Source of the DNA: Negaprion brevirostris
Taxonomy: Eukaryota
Assembly (NCBI GenBank): GCA_030324005.1
Contig: JARDVH010000179.1
Coordinates: 5,856,776-5,920,728, forward strand
Direction of reading: 5' to 3'
DNA length: 63,953 nt
Position numbers and translations under genes: made by a program. This document shows, in pieces, positions 11,960 to 25,942 of the stretch. The stretch's first letter is position 1. Every line of letters begins with the position of its first letter. The notes beneath the pieces are model-generated. The model saw only the letters and a list, made by a program, of their open reading frames with translations, ran no database searches and had not been told where the DNA came from.

Positions 11960-14391
11960 CTAAATGAAAACAAAATGACAATGTGTATTAAATAAAACTG
12001 ATGGATGTCCAACTCCAACAAGAGAAGTACACAACCACAGGCTAACTATTAACATCCAGAATATACCACTTATTTGTACAAAACACGTCAATATTTAGGA
12101 GGAAAATCACTGATGCCATCCTTTTAATTAGTCATTACGACACTTCAACATACATTTAAGTCTCAAATTATGAGAAGTGCAGCAGTAATGAGAGAATTGC
12201 TGATATGCAAAGGCTTAAAATCACTCATGACTACACTGTGCACGTTTAAATGACATAAGCAGCCAACATACGGGTTGCAAGTTTTAAACCTCCTGGCATT
12301 TTTGAATTAGTGAAAGAAATGCAGTCTATAAGCCACTCAAATCAATGCTCCTTTGAACATATTTCCTAACACCATATTGCCAGGTCTAATTTGATGGACC
12401 TCCTCCTCTGAAGCGTTAGAAGAGGAGAACGCAAGGAAGCGAGCAAGCAACATTTCAGGAGCTTAAAACAGAACATATCTGAACAATTTTTCTGATTTTA
12501 GTACAAGATCTTGCAACTTTTAAATCCATTAATTCAAATTAAGAGGGCCATATTTAGTACAAAACTCATGTGTGAAGTACAGCAGTCTACCAGTGGATCG
12601 CAAGTCAAAAGGGAGTATAAAAATGTTACCAGTGGGTTTCAAAGTCAAAGTATGATGTGCAGCAGATAGTTTTGCCAGGTGTTTTTTTNNNNNNNNNNNN
12701 NNNNNNNNNNNNNNNNNNNNNNNNNNNNNNNNNNNNNNNNNNNNNNNNNNNNNNNNNNNNNNNNNNNNNNNNNNNNNNNNNNNNNNNNTTTTTGTCAAGG
12801 ATTCTACTACGAGCATTTAATTAAATCTCGTGCCAGTGACGAACATTGATTGTCAAGTAACATTCAACTAATACCCGGACTCAAAATATTGCAAGCAGAT
12901 TGAAATCCATAACATCAGCATGTCTCTTCCACGTGCGAGCGACTGAGTTTGCCTGTTCAGGGCAATATAAAACTTAGTGGCAGCATTTAAAAATGACATA
13001 GCACTGCCATGGCACCATAAACAACATTTAACCCTCATTGAGCCTCCATGTACATTAACTAGCAATTTACCTTGTGCCATTTGAGATACTTTTCTGTGCA
13101 AAACTCAACTGATGCTTCACTAGAAAAAAATGACAGCACTTGAAATAATTAACTGGCAACAATGCTTTGTAATGGTCTTAAGATGTGAAAGTGCAATACA
13201 CATGTAATGTATTGTCTTTAAATATTATGGTGGCCTCTTGATTCCTTCTGACTTCTTGGGAGAACATTGGCATGACTAACATCATGCAAATATGCTTTTG
13301 GCATTGTGCCAAATTCTGCTAAAAGCAAGCATATGGAAGCTTCCAGAACAAAAGGGCATGTGGGAAAATGCGCGGATATGGTCCTGTTCCACTCTAGGAG
13401 TTTTCTTATGTGAATGCCAACTTTTAAAATATATAAATTAAAGCCACTGACATACAACCAATGCTTTGGTACTTTAACTTCAACTTGAAAGAACTCAGCA
13501 TTGGTCATGTGAAGATTGTTCCGTAATGTCTGAGGAAAGCAGTAAATCCTCTTAACAATCACCGTCAATATAAACATGACCGCAATACTAAATGATGCTT
13601 GGAGATATTACAGCTCTGTACCATGTGCAGCAATCCTGTCTGCTGATGGATCAGCACTGGCAGATCGGATATGGCAGTAATCTGATCCCACAGTACTGTT
13701 ATTAGGGTCTTGCATGAGTGTGATTCAGTCTAGTCCTCTGATGGGGCCTACTTAAGGGAGTAGGTTTTCAAATTCTCCATGATCTAACCAACAAATTATT
13801 TCAAGACCTTCATCCACAGTTTCTGATGTGCAGAAAACTAAAGCACAGGTTTTTTAAAAAAAGTCTCAGATTTCCATACACTGCAAAACTGCACAAGTTA
13901 GAGAAAGCTATTTATGGACATGCCATTCATAAACGGAGTTGCCTGCCAATTTTGTATCAAATAAATGGTATGCTCATTGGTAGGATGCTGAATTTACAAT
14001 TGTCTGTTTAATCTTAAAGGTGAGAATGAATGGATGGTCTTAGCAGCAAAAGGCCAAGAGATTTTTGGTTTGAAATATTGAATTTCTGATCAATTCATAC
14101 TGGAAAAAAAATCAATTGAATAATAGTATTCCAGCAGTAGATTACTTTCATGATTTATAAATTGCATTGTTGGGATTTAAAAGAATGGCAGAGATTGTAC
14201 TACTTGTGATCAGCCATGCTGCTTACCAAATTACAAACCTACATGCAGTGGGATTTCTCAGCCAGGTCTCTGACTTGCTCAAGAACTCATCAAGTTTAAT
14301 GACCTCCAAAATAAGCCACAGAGAAATCCACAACTGGATTCTTCTTAGTTGTCTGGAATGCCCCTGTACGTGTACACAACCCAAATTGCAG

Positions 14392-14700
14392 GGCGGCATA
14401 TGGCACAGGGGCTAGCACTGCTACCTCACAGTGCCAGGACCTAGTCTCAATTCCCGGCTTGGGTCACTGTCTGTACAGGGTTTGCACATTCTCCCCGTGT
14501 CTGCCTGGGTTTTCTCCGCATGCTCCGGTTTCCTCCCACAATCCAAATATATGCAAGTTAGGTTGATTGGCCATGTAAATTGCCCTTAGTATCAGGGGAC
14601 TAACAGGGTGAATGTGTGGGGAAATGGGGATAGGACCCAGGTGAAATTGTTGTCGGTGCAGTCTTAATGGGCCGAAAGAATCCCTGCAGTGCAGGAGGAG
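14392..14700 (+). mobile_element. V-SINE (HE1-like), CR1-type tail
   Basis: ggcggcatatggcacaggggctagcactgctacctcacag...tttgcacattctccccgtgtctgc.tgggttt. Confidence 0.85.
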
Positions 14701-15202
14701 ACCAATGATTCAAATTGAATGAACCAACAACTTACATTTATATTGCACCTTTTAATAGAGCATCCCAGCCAAGGTGTTTTGTAACAGCACTAGACAAAAT
14801 GCAACCCCTAGCAACAGAACAGGGTTCCAGCAGGAGGCCAAAAGCTTGCATGGAGTGCTAGGTTTTGAGTATTTTACATAAGAGAGTTGCAAGGTATCCT
14901 TATTCAGATCCATGTTTAACTAAATATTGGACACAATCAAATATTGTCCACAATTTACATTTCTATAATGACATGTTTACCTGCAGCCATCTTAAATCGG
15001 TTTTGTGGCCATTTCCACAAGTATGATCTTATGGTCTGCAACATCTAATATCATCATGCTTGCAGCGAGCCAACAGCCCGATGTCTTCTAACCACAGCTT
15101 AGAAACATAACATTCCTTAAATATTGCATGTACGTGTTCACATGCATAAGGAAAGGGACTTATTTTTTGGAGAACTGGTTACAAATTCTGTGTCTATTTT
15201 GT

Positions 15203-15620
15203 GTCAGCCCTGTCTCAAAAGTTAGTAGTGCACTCTCACCTCGAGTTAGAAGATTGTGGGTTCAAGTGCCAGTTCAGAAACATAAGCACAAAAATCTAAT
15301 GCTCTTGAATGTACTGAAAGAGATGCCAGCTTATGAATGAGACATTAGGCAAGACCACATCTGCTCTCAGGTGAATGTAAAAGATACTGTGGGCACTACT
15401 ATTTTGAGGAAGAGCTGGGGAGCCGTCACTGATGTCCTGGTCAATGTGTATCCCTTAATCAACACGAAACAGATCATATTGCTGTCTGTGGGAGCTTGTT
15501 TGCACATCCTATTTGCCACATTTCCTCAAGCAGCGAAGGCACAAATCATACTAAATTGGCTGTAAAGTGCTTTGGGGGCATCCTTAGGTTGTGAAAGATG
15601 TCATTCAAAATGCAAATTTT
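15203..15620 (+). mobile_element. DeuSINE-like (SacSINE1/AmnSINE1-type) ancient SINE
   Basis: tRNA-like head (tgtgggttcaagtgcca), Deu-domain-like core gtaaaagatactgtgggcactactattttgaggaagagctggggag...tgtcctggtcaa, tail tgtaaagtgctttggg...tccttaggttgtgaaag. Confidence 0.65.
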
Positions 15621-16269
15621 CCTTTCAAATCTCTCCAGTATGGAATAAAAGAGAAAAATAAATTTGTTACTTCCTGATGAATGTCTGTGGCAACGAGGTT
15701 AGATAATCAGTTATACACAAATGAAAAATAGGAATCCCATGAAGTTGGAGCATGCAACAGAATATTCTCCATCAGAAAGCATGATGTGGAACCAATGCTT
15801 GCATTAACATGCCGTTTAAGGCAAAAAAATGGAGTAGAAGATAGCGGAATTCAAATTTAAAACANNNNNNNNNNTTAAAACAAAGCATTAAATAGCCAGC
15901 AAACGATTACAACTATAAATGGCAAGGCCAATGTTAAATAATTTCTTTTAGATGCTCATTAACCTATTGTGCTGTTCTATGCCCTTAAGGTAATTATATT
16001 TATACTGAAAGTATTCACAACTGTTAAATATGCTAATGGTATTGGCACTTTGGAATTTCAATTCATATCACAAATCTGGTTTCTGGGCACCAGTTTGTAG
16101 TCTGCTACTAGAATGTGGGGTAAAATGTTCCTTAGCAGCAAAATGCACTTAATTTGGACATATTAACAGCTTTGACAAAAACTTGACTGTTTGTTCCACA
16201 TTTTTATGAGTCAAGGGCAAATTTGTGTTCCTGGTAGCTGAACAATGGGCTACCTTCATAAAAGGGGTG

Positions 16270-18170
16270 GTTCAGGCACAGTCAAGGTGTGTTCATTCAA
16301 AATGAAAGGTAGGACAAACAAAGCCAGAGCTCCCTGGACAACAATTAAGATGGAAAACTAAGATAAAAAGAGGTGTGCTTGTGATAAGTGTCGGCTAGAG
16401 AACACAATCAAAGACCATGCTAAATACTGAAGGTTCAGAGAAGTGAAAAAGCAAACAGCTAATATAAAAGGTAATCCTATTCTTCTTTAGGGACAAATAG
16501 CAAAAAGGTGGCAAAAAAGGAGCTGGAGGGCTGACGAGGCACAAAAACGGAATTTATACATCTGAAGTATTACATGAATACTTTGCACGTGTCTTTACCA
16601 AAGAAGATACAACCTAGTCCATGGAGAAAGAGGACATTCAATCACTAGGGTGATTCAAAATTGGCATGGAGGTGGTCTGTCTGTAGAGCTGACAAGACAC
16701 TGGGACCAGATGAGGTGCATCCAAGGATATGGATGGAAATCGAGTGGAAATTGCAGAGGCATTGGTGATAATTTTTTAGTCTTCCTTAGACTCAAGGGTG
16801 GTGCCGGAGGTGCTGGAAATTGCAATCATTGTGGTCTTTGTTCAATCAGCCCCGCAACTACAATCCAGTCAGTTTAACTTCAGTGATAAGGAAACTTAGA
16901 CAAACTATAATCTGCGATCAAATTGATAGTGACATGGACAAAGGCATGTTAATTATGGAGTGCCAGCACGGATTTAAGGAAAAATCATGTTTAACTAAGT
17001 TTCCTGAACTCACAGAGGAGGTTTAAAAGGGCAATGTTGTTGACGTGGTGTACACGGACTTCCAAAAGGCACTTGATAGTGCTGTACAGGAGATTTGCTT
17101 ATGGAATAAGCAACACAGATAGAAAATTGAGTGAATAACATGAAACCAAGAGTAATAGTTAAGGACTGGAGGAAAGTTTGTAGTGGAGTTCCCCAGCGGT
17201 CAGTATTGGGACCCTTGCTTCTCCTGACATACATTAATGATCTAGACCTTGATGTGCCAGGAAGAAGTTTAAAATCTGTAGATGTGACAAAACTTAGAAG
17301 CCTTTTAAATTGTGGGGAGGATAATGCAGAACCTCAAAAGGACAGGCAAGCTGGTGCAAAGAATGGATAGGTGGCAGGCCAATTCAATGCAAAGAAATCA
17401 CAGGAACATTCAGGCAGTTTAAAATAAAAAAAGGCACTGCTCTAAAGGGGTTGCAGAAGCATAGGGGCCTGGGTGAATACGTACACAAATCATTAAAGGT
17501 TCTCGAACAGATTGGGAAATCAGTTGATAAAGCACACCGTACCATAGGCTTGTTAATAGAGGCATAGAGTGCAAGAGTAAGGAGGTTGCATTGAAGCGGT
17601 ATAAGATACTAATTAGATGTCAGCTGGAGCGTTGCATACAGTTCTAGGTACCACATTTTAGGAAGAGCGTGAAGGCATTGGACAGCATTGGAAAATGGTT
17701 TATGAGAATTATCCCAGGATGAAAATTTTTAGTTATGAAGATAGAATGGAGAATTTGGGCTCTTTGCCTTGGGGGAAAGGCAGCTGAAAGGAGATTTGAT
17801 ACAAGTATTCAAAATCACAAGGGGGTTGGAGAGAGCAGTTTGGGGAAGGATCTCATGAAAGGACAAAGAATGAGAAGGAAAAGATTTAAAGCAACTGATA
17901 AAAATAGCAAAAGTGATGCAAAAAGCATTTTTCACAGAGTGGCTAGGGTCTGGAATGCACAGCTGAAGTGTTGTTTAACCCAGGGAAATGAGAAAATGTG
18001 GTGGAAGCAGGTTTAACCAAGGCATTCCGAAGGAAGTGACTATTTGAAAAGAAACAATCTGCAGGGTTCTGGGGAGATGGAAGGAGAATGGCATTAGGTG
18101 AAAGGGTCATATGAACAGCCGGTGCAAAAATGATAGGCTGAATGGCTTCATTCTGCACAGTGATAACCCT
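16270..18170 (+). mobile_element. CR1-clade LINE remnant, 5'-truncated with frameshifted reverse transcriptase
   Basis: Motifs NYNPVSLTSVIRKL, QHGF..KSCLT, DVVYTDFQKA and SGVPQRSVLGPLLLLTYINDLD; CR1-type 3' end ggctgaatggcttcattctg. Confidence 0.9.
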
Positions 18171-18395
18171 TCAATTATACAAGAAATGCATTTTCACCAC
18201 CACTCAATAGAATTACCACGCTGAACAGCTACTTTCAAATAATCTTTACAGTTGTTGTTGACAGCAGTAACCAGGAGCTAGTAGTCATCATCCCAGTCCT
18301 TTTTTTTCTGGTCTTAAGGGCATGTTTTAAGCGTTATTAACTACATACACCAGGTTCACACAATTTTTTGAATGCCCTAAATTAAATCTACACTT

Positions 18396-18720
18396 AGAAT
18401 CCCTACAGTGCAGAAGACTGCCATTTGGCCTATCAAGTCTGCACCGACTGTCCGATAGAGGAGTTTACCCAGACCTTAACCACATCATCTCACATTATAC
18501 CCCACTAATTCCCCTAACCTATACATCTTGGGACACCAAGGGGCAATTTAGCATCGCCAATCCATCTAATCAGCACAACTTTGGACTGTGAGAGGAAATC
18601 ATAGCAGCCAGAGAAAATTCAGAGAGACAGACAGACAGACAAGAGAATATGCAGTCACTCAAGCCCAGGATTAAATCTGGTCTCGGACTTTGAGGCAATA
18701 GTACTAACCACTGTGCTACC
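18396..18720 (-). mobile_element. V-SINE (HE1-like), CR1-type tail
   Basis: agaatccctacagtgcagaag...tgaggcaatagtactaaccactgtgc. Confidence 0.8.
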
Positions 18721-19365
18721 TATAAAAACAAACACCAGTATGATCATCAAGTCCCTGTGCTTCAGAAAGATCATGCCGCAGCAGCATAATCAAGTAACGG
18801 GCTTTACATTCAAACTGATTCAAAGAATTTTACAATGCTACCCCATCAGTGATACTTAGTAAAATTATCACAGAGTTAATCAAAGCTAGCATCAAAAATA
18901 TAGTGGAATTATGTGCACAGTCTCAGATTTGCATTTCATCTGCATAGCATTAAATGGACTCCAGGTGCCTTAGAGGGAAACACAAGTTCACTCAGCAACC
19001 ATTTCAGAACTGCACTGGAAAAGAATTTGAAGCAACTGGTGTGTAACCCAAGGAAACGAGAAAATGAGTAAGGAGAAAAAATAGAAACAAGTACAGATGT
19101 TTCAATAGTTACCAGCATCTTGAGACACAGAAACACATTAAACTTATTCATTCATAACTCTCAATGTGTCCAAACTTCAATGTTATCTACAAATTTAGCA
19201 CTGTTGCAGTAATATCAGAGAACTCACAATGACGCTACATGTCCAAAATGGAAGTCAGTTAACACTCCCAAATCAGGGAACAAATGCACCAGCAAAGCAA
19301 CAGCTCTTTGCAAGCTTGAATATCTCAGCCTCTACTCCAAAAATGATAAAGGACAAAACATGTAC

Positions 19366-19504
19366 CTGCTTCTTTCCTGCCTCTACCCCGTGATCCTTTG
19401 GTAGGCTGTATGGGTATTTCAATCTCTTCTTGTGGCATCTCCGAAATCTTCTGAAGAAAAATCTTTTCCAAAGCTTCTGCCATTAAGACTATGTCATCCC
19501 CTTG
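19366..19504 (-). CDS. BRD4: BRD4 coding exon (exon 4 equivalent), end of BD1; not in the ORF track
   Basis: Hand translation [46 protein letters not shown] plus 1 nt. 139 nt; acceptor tttctttaatttacag|, donor CAG|gtacat; ends in phase 1. Confidence 0.96.
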
Positions 19505-22500
19505 CTGTAAATTAAAGAAAATACATATTATCCAGTAACTATGATTTAACTACAACAATAAAGCGAAAACAGTGAGAGTATTAGTTGAGTTTTGCAGTTG
19601 AAAACAAAACAACGAATGGAAACTGACTGAAGTACAATTTAGATCCGTTAACTTTGTTATATGGAAATGAAGCCAACTAAGGACTTTGAACACAAGCTCT
19701 TAATGAAACACGGCCTTGATTTGGCAACGTGCCTGAAAGTTTAACAGAGGTTAGTCCCCATAGTTGGAAATGTGAGCGTTGAAAAAGAAGCGATGGTGGT
19801 GTTGGTAAATCCATGGCCTGGAGTGGTGGCATTGAGCCAAAGAAATTGGGACGAGCCAGAATTGAATCAATGCTCTATGCTAAGTTTACTAACCTCACTA
19901 AGGGTAGCAGCAAGGATGCTATTAATGGCCTTATAAAGGATAAAGGAAAAATATCAGAGAGACAAAACAAAACAGCTAACTTATCACAATCTAGCAACCC
20001 ACATTTGAAGTTAATTGTACGGACATCTTGTGGACATCCTCTGGTAAAATAACCTGTTAATACTCTACAGCTAGACCCCAAAGAATGGTCTGGATGTTAC
20101 TCCACACTCTTGAAACTGTATCAAGAAAAAATTGCTCTTTCAATTCAAGAAAGACAATTGTGAACAATTCAGCTCAACTCTCAAAATGCCTCCGCCCCTA
20201 ACATACCAGCAGGGTCATTTCTCTTCATTTATTTAAACAAAACAGATGTTTCAGTATGGGAACCAAAAAACATTTTATAGCTAAGAAAGGAAAAGCAAAT
20301 GGTTGCAGCATGCATGTAGATACTTAAAATGCAAATTAGTATTTACATGAGCTTAAGCACAGTAAAACTAATATTCTTCTGTTAGAGTTGAAGAGACATA
20401 TTACACAATGTGCTTCTTTCTCATGCCATTTCAAATACTTCAAATGAAACATAGTTACAGGCCATTCATCAAGTTCTTCTGGCTGTAGTTCTTTCTTTGC
20501 TTCATTTCGTTAAACGACAATAAATTCTCAAATCACAGCAAAAGATGCTGCCATTCAGCCTATTGTGCCCAATGGCCCCAGTCCATCTGCCACTTCGCCA
20601 CTGAATTGCACCTCTCCTTTGCAGTTATATATCCAACTTCTTTTTGGAAATTGGTAGTGACTCTGCTTCATGCATACTAGATCGTAAAATAGTTCCAACA
20701 TCCCGCCACCCTCTCCCATGGCCTTTTGCTAGTTATCTTAATTGCACCCTCTGATTACCAACTCTTCCGCAAGAGGAAAAACGTGCTCACCATCTACTCT
20801 TTCAAAACCCCTTTTAATCTTGAAGGCAACTAGCCTGCTCCAAGGTCTTGTTATCTTTTCAAGGTAACCAGAAATGGATGAAATGTTTAGGAGATACTTG
20901 CTTGCTTTGGTATTCAATGCCTCCATTTATAAGGTCAAAAGGTTCCATATATTTCAAGTCCTACCACCAATACAGCTGTTATTCTTTACACCAGGATCCG
21001 TGGTTGTAGCCCCTTATAATAGTTTCAATTTATATTGCCTCTTTTGTGCCTTCCAAAATGTTATCACTTTACACATCTTATTTTGTACATCATGTTAGAC
21101 CACTTCAACTGTCTTCAACAAATTATTTTTGATGTGTTTCATTGTTTTACATTTTGAAGTTACATGACATCTCAAACTTTTAAATTAAGCCCCCTAAACC
21201 CAAGTCCAAGTCACTTCTGCATGCTTGAAACAGCAACCATCCTAATGAATGTAGTCTCTTTGGGAGAAATCAGTTTCTCCCCAGACATCAGACCATGACA
21301 GAGGACCTGTACTGTACAATTCGAGGAATAGTTAGGTGCTCAAAAACAGCATTCAAGCACACTTCCCTTTATGATGACTAGTGGAAGATTACCATGTAAT
21401 GTGTATAAACTGTTATACATACTTCTGACTTCTACTGTATTAAGAATCAGAGACATATGAACCTCCACGTTTTGCTAGTTGTCAAATTAATTTTGGCCAA
21501 AATAATTTGATAACAGAATGAGATTTAGTCAACTAATAATGATTGAACTGTTATTCTCTGCTTTCTACAAATAAAACACCTCTTTTACACTAACTTTATC
21601 TTGCCTCAGTTCAAATGACTGGATAATTCAAATAATACCCGAGTGTCAGACCGTTGCAATATATGTAGCTTGCTTGACATGCAAGAACATTTAACATCTT
21701 AAATAAAACCACGCTCACATTACAAATGAGCTTGAAAGCCGCTTCAAGGAGAATGTACGTGGAGTTTGCACTGATCATAATCTTCCCTTGGAGTTCACTG
21801 CCAACTCCAGAAACAAGTCAGAGACAGACAGCAGAGACCTAGAAGGCACACTACTTTTAACAAAACTCTCCAAAGCAATATTATGTATACCATTAGACAG
21901 TCACAAGAAAACTTCAACTATTTAAAATCTCATTCATCCTGCAGCGCTTAAACAAACTGCAAATGATTTTTTGCTGCAAATGCATTATTGGTTGCTTTTC
22001 CAGATAATTCCATTCTATCCCCTCAAGAAAATAATCAACACAAGGTCGCTTCCATGGCTCTTCAGGAGAATGGAACTGAAAAGCATCAAACAAAGCTGTT
22101 TGCATTTACAGACTCATCTCTGAACTACACACAAGAGGTTTCTCTTCAAACAGCAGGTCCCATTAATGAGTCATAATTATTATCCAACCAGCAGCATGGT
22201 CAACCTTAGCAGCTGAATCTGTATTTATCTTTCTCATTCAGCTTCAATTCTTAGTGATCCAAGCACAAGCTCTCATGATACCCTCCACAGACAGCCATTC
22301 ATGTCTGAAATTACAGTTAATCCAATTCTATTCAATATATCCAACTTCAGGCATTTGAGCCTTCAAAACTGACTCCAACTACATATTGCTAAACTTCTGC
22401 TCGTAGTTAGGATCTGTAAAGTTTTTGTTAACGTCCACTTGTTTTGAAGTGAACCAGCAGAAACAAAGCTCTGCATCTTTTTTTAAAAGAAACGTAATTG

Positions 22501-23373
22501 TCACAACTTTTTGCACAAGATAAAAGGCACATTTGACCCCAATGAAACATGTGAAATATCACAGTTTCATTGTGTCCCCACCCGAAAACTTGATGTCAAA
22601 ACCATGTGGATTTCCAGGACACTTCAAGAAATAGCTTCTTCTACAAGCACAGTTTCAGTCTTCAGCGAATGGCACAGATTCCATGATAGAATTCAAAACA
22701 TTTGTTCCTCAGGAGATATAAAGCAGTGGTCTACAAATTGGCACCTCAATGAAATTATTTGCTGCTACCTGAAGGAATCTCATTGAAAGCCTAAATTTTC
22801 TGCTGTGAAAGCCAAGGAACAAAATTCACCCAAGTGATCACCAGCCCTCCAGTTCCTATGTTGGTCACTTTGGCTCAACTGGCCAAAGATCTGAATGGAA
22901 CTGTCAGAAGACAGCCATTTTAAATATGAAGGGCAACATTTTCTTTTCACATTTCAATTGCTATTTTATTTATTGCATGCACTATGTTCCAAAATTCTAG
23001 ATTTGTCAGTTAACATACATATGGATTGTTTGAGTTTTAAAAAGCACAAAATGACAATTTTAATCATGATCCAGTTTAGCTAACTGTTTAATACTATAAA
23101 ATAATTGGGAATATAACTGTCCAAATTCTTTTTTCCCTGTTATTTCGCCTTGCTACACTAAAGCACAGAACAGGTCCTGTACAAGTATCATAATTTAGAT
23201 AGTCATACGGCCTTCACAAACAATATTGGAGCACTAAAAATGCTGGAAATACTCAGCAAGTCAGGCACATCTGGGGGGAGAGAATGAATGCCATACATAA
23301 AACATTGGCACTGTTTATTTCTTCACAAGTAAAGCCTGGCCACCAAACAACATTTCCTGGCTGATTTGATTTC

Positions 23374-23628
23374 AGTCATGATGTGGATGTGCCAGCGTTG
23401 GACTGGGGTAAACATAGTAAAAAGTCTGACAACACCAGGTTTTAGTCCAACCGANNNNNNNNNNNNNNNNNNNNNNNNNNNNNNNNNNNNNNNNNNNNNN
23501 NNNNNNNNNNNNNNNNNNNNNNNNNNNNNNNNNNNNNNNNNNNNNNNNNNNNNNGTCCCCTCGAAAGCTGGTGAGTTTACTATCAAATAAATCGGTTGGA
23601 CTAAAACCTGGTGTTGTCAGACTTTTTA
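23374..23628. mobile_element. Short Penelope-derived insertion with inverted terminal-repeat copies and a 13-bp target-site duplication
   Basis: agtaaaaagtctgacaacaccaggttttagtccaaccga (left of gap) is the exact reverse complement of tcggttggactaaaacctggtgttgtcagactttttact (right of gap). ctgatttgatttc occurs at 23361-23373 and 23629-23641. Confidence 0.75.
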
Positions 23629-23674
23629 CTGATTTGATTTCCCCACTCATATCTGCAGTATTTAGTTTTTTAAG

Positions 23675-23956
23675 TTTTACTTGTGTCACAAATAGGCTGA
23701 CATTAATGAAGTTACTGTGAAAATCCCCTAGTCACCACACTCCGGTGCCTGTTCACGTACACAGAGAGAATTTAGCACACCAATGCAGCTAACCAGCACA
23801 TCTTTTGTATTGTGGGAGGAAACCGGAGCGCCCAGAGGAAAGCTACACAGACACGGGGAGAACGTGCAGACTCCGCACAGACAGTGATCTAAGCCGGAAA
23901 TCAAACATGGGTCCGTGGCGCTGTGAGGCAGCAGTGTTAAGCACTGAGCTGCCCCA
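23675..23956 (-). mobile_element. V-SINE, alternative-tail subfamily
   Basis: Same head and V-domain, but the tail is ...ggggattttcacagtaacttcatt...tgtgacac. Confidence 0.85.
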
Positions 23957-24195
23957 ACTTTGGCACAATGCTGGACTGAATACAAAGTGCACTCATCCTG
24001 AATCAGAAATTGTTGTCAATCTGATAATTCCACATCTTGGAACACTCAATCTTAGAGGCGTTTCCCATCTAAGCTTACACACGAAGATGAACGGCTTGGG
24101 AGAAGTGCTCAATCATTGTCTGAGCTATCATACTTCAAACTAAACTAAATTACTTAATTTAAATTTCTCATCCTTTTACTTACAACATGATTTTA

Positions 24196-24498
<303 letters not shown>

Positions 24499-25247
24499 TC
24501 AGTTTTTCCCAAACTGTTTGTCTACACAGGTTGATGCAGTCAATGCAGAAATTAATTCCATAGCCAGTGTGGGCAAACACAGGCAACTGTACGCAGACAT
24601 TCCATAGGGCAATTTCAATGTTAAATGCTAACAAAGCCAAATGAATTAATTAACTACAGTATTAATTGCCATTAAGTACATATGTATTTGTTATTGCTTG
24701 CATAGAATACAGACCCTACTAGAAGTTTAAATTAAAAAAACAATGCAGTGTTCAGTAACTTTTAAAGAGATAATATTTCCATATAAATGATGAAGAACAT
24801 GCTTGCAAGTCAATACAATATGCAGAATACAGGATTCTACAGATACTGCAACATAAACATGCTATACCTCTGTGCACTCAGACTACAAAGTCTGAGAGTA
24901 AAAACCGATTTATGAATCCCAACTGTTTGGTTCATCTACTTTAGAAGTAGCTTCATATCCCATACATTTAAGGGTGGACCTTGGCTGTGGCTGCTAGTCT
25001 TTGATTCCAGAAAACACTAGCTCAGTGGGTACTGGGAGTTTAAAATACATGTGGAGCACCTCAAACTAAGATAAACGTAATCAGCAGCTTTGAAATAAAA
25101 ACGTGTTTTATCCATTTCATCCCAAGGCCAATGCAGCGTTCTTAAATAGATAAATTAATCCCCGAGAAGCTTGTTCCATCTCTCATGGTATTGATCTGTT
25201 TAGTCTTTTGCCCATGTCTCTTATTTCTTTAAATCAGTTTACTTCTA

Positions 25248-25512
25248 AACATAAACATAAGAAACGTAAGAAATAGGAGAAGGAGTTTGCCATCTAGCCC
25301 TTTGAGCCTGCCCCGCCATTCAACAAGATCATGGCTGATCTGAAGTGGCTCAGTTCCACTTTCCCGCTTTCTCCNNNNNNNNNNNNNNNNNNNNNNNNNN
25401 NNNNNNNNNNNNNNNNNNNNNNNNNNNNNNNNNNNNNNNNNNNNNNNNNNNNNNNNNNNNNNNNNNNNNNNNNNAACCTTTTGTGCGGCACCTTATCAAA
25501 CGCCTTCTGAAT
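25248..25512 (-). mobile_element. CR1-type LINE fragment (3' end plus RT piece, gapped)
   Basis: Same 3' tail as 7725; minus-strand QKAFDKVPHKR RT motif at ~25475-25510. Confidence 0.8.
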
Positions 25513-25569
25513 AAACAGAAGCTGTGGCACAAAGTTTGGATACTTAAATTGTGTGCGTGTCTGTGGGTA

Positions 25570-25942
25570 TGAGAGAGAAACAGCATGCAGTAACATCACT
25601 GGACTAGTTGTCTAGAGGCCCAGCCAAATGCCCTGGGGACGTGGATTAAAATCCCACCACCACAGCTGGTGGAATTGAAGCTCAAATAAATAAAACATTT
25701 ACAGCTGAATAGCTAGCCTCAGTAATGGTGACCATGAAATGACCATCAATTGTTGTGATACCCTTTGGGAAAGGAAATCTACCATTCTTACCTGTGACAC
25801 CAGAATCAAAGAAATGTTGTTGATTCTTAACTGTTCTCTGATATGGTCTAGCAAGACATTCAGCTCAAGGACAATTATGCATAAGCAACAAATGCTGACC
25901 TTGCCACTCAGCAGTGTCCCAAATCCATGAAAGAATAAAAAG
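25570..25942 (+). mobile_element. Third tRNA-derived SINE family
   Basis: cactggactag...agaggccca...aaatcccacca...ctggtgga...gctagcctcagtaatg.t.accatgaaa, shared with 56635-56915 (+) and 41570-41830 (-). Confidence 0.7.
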
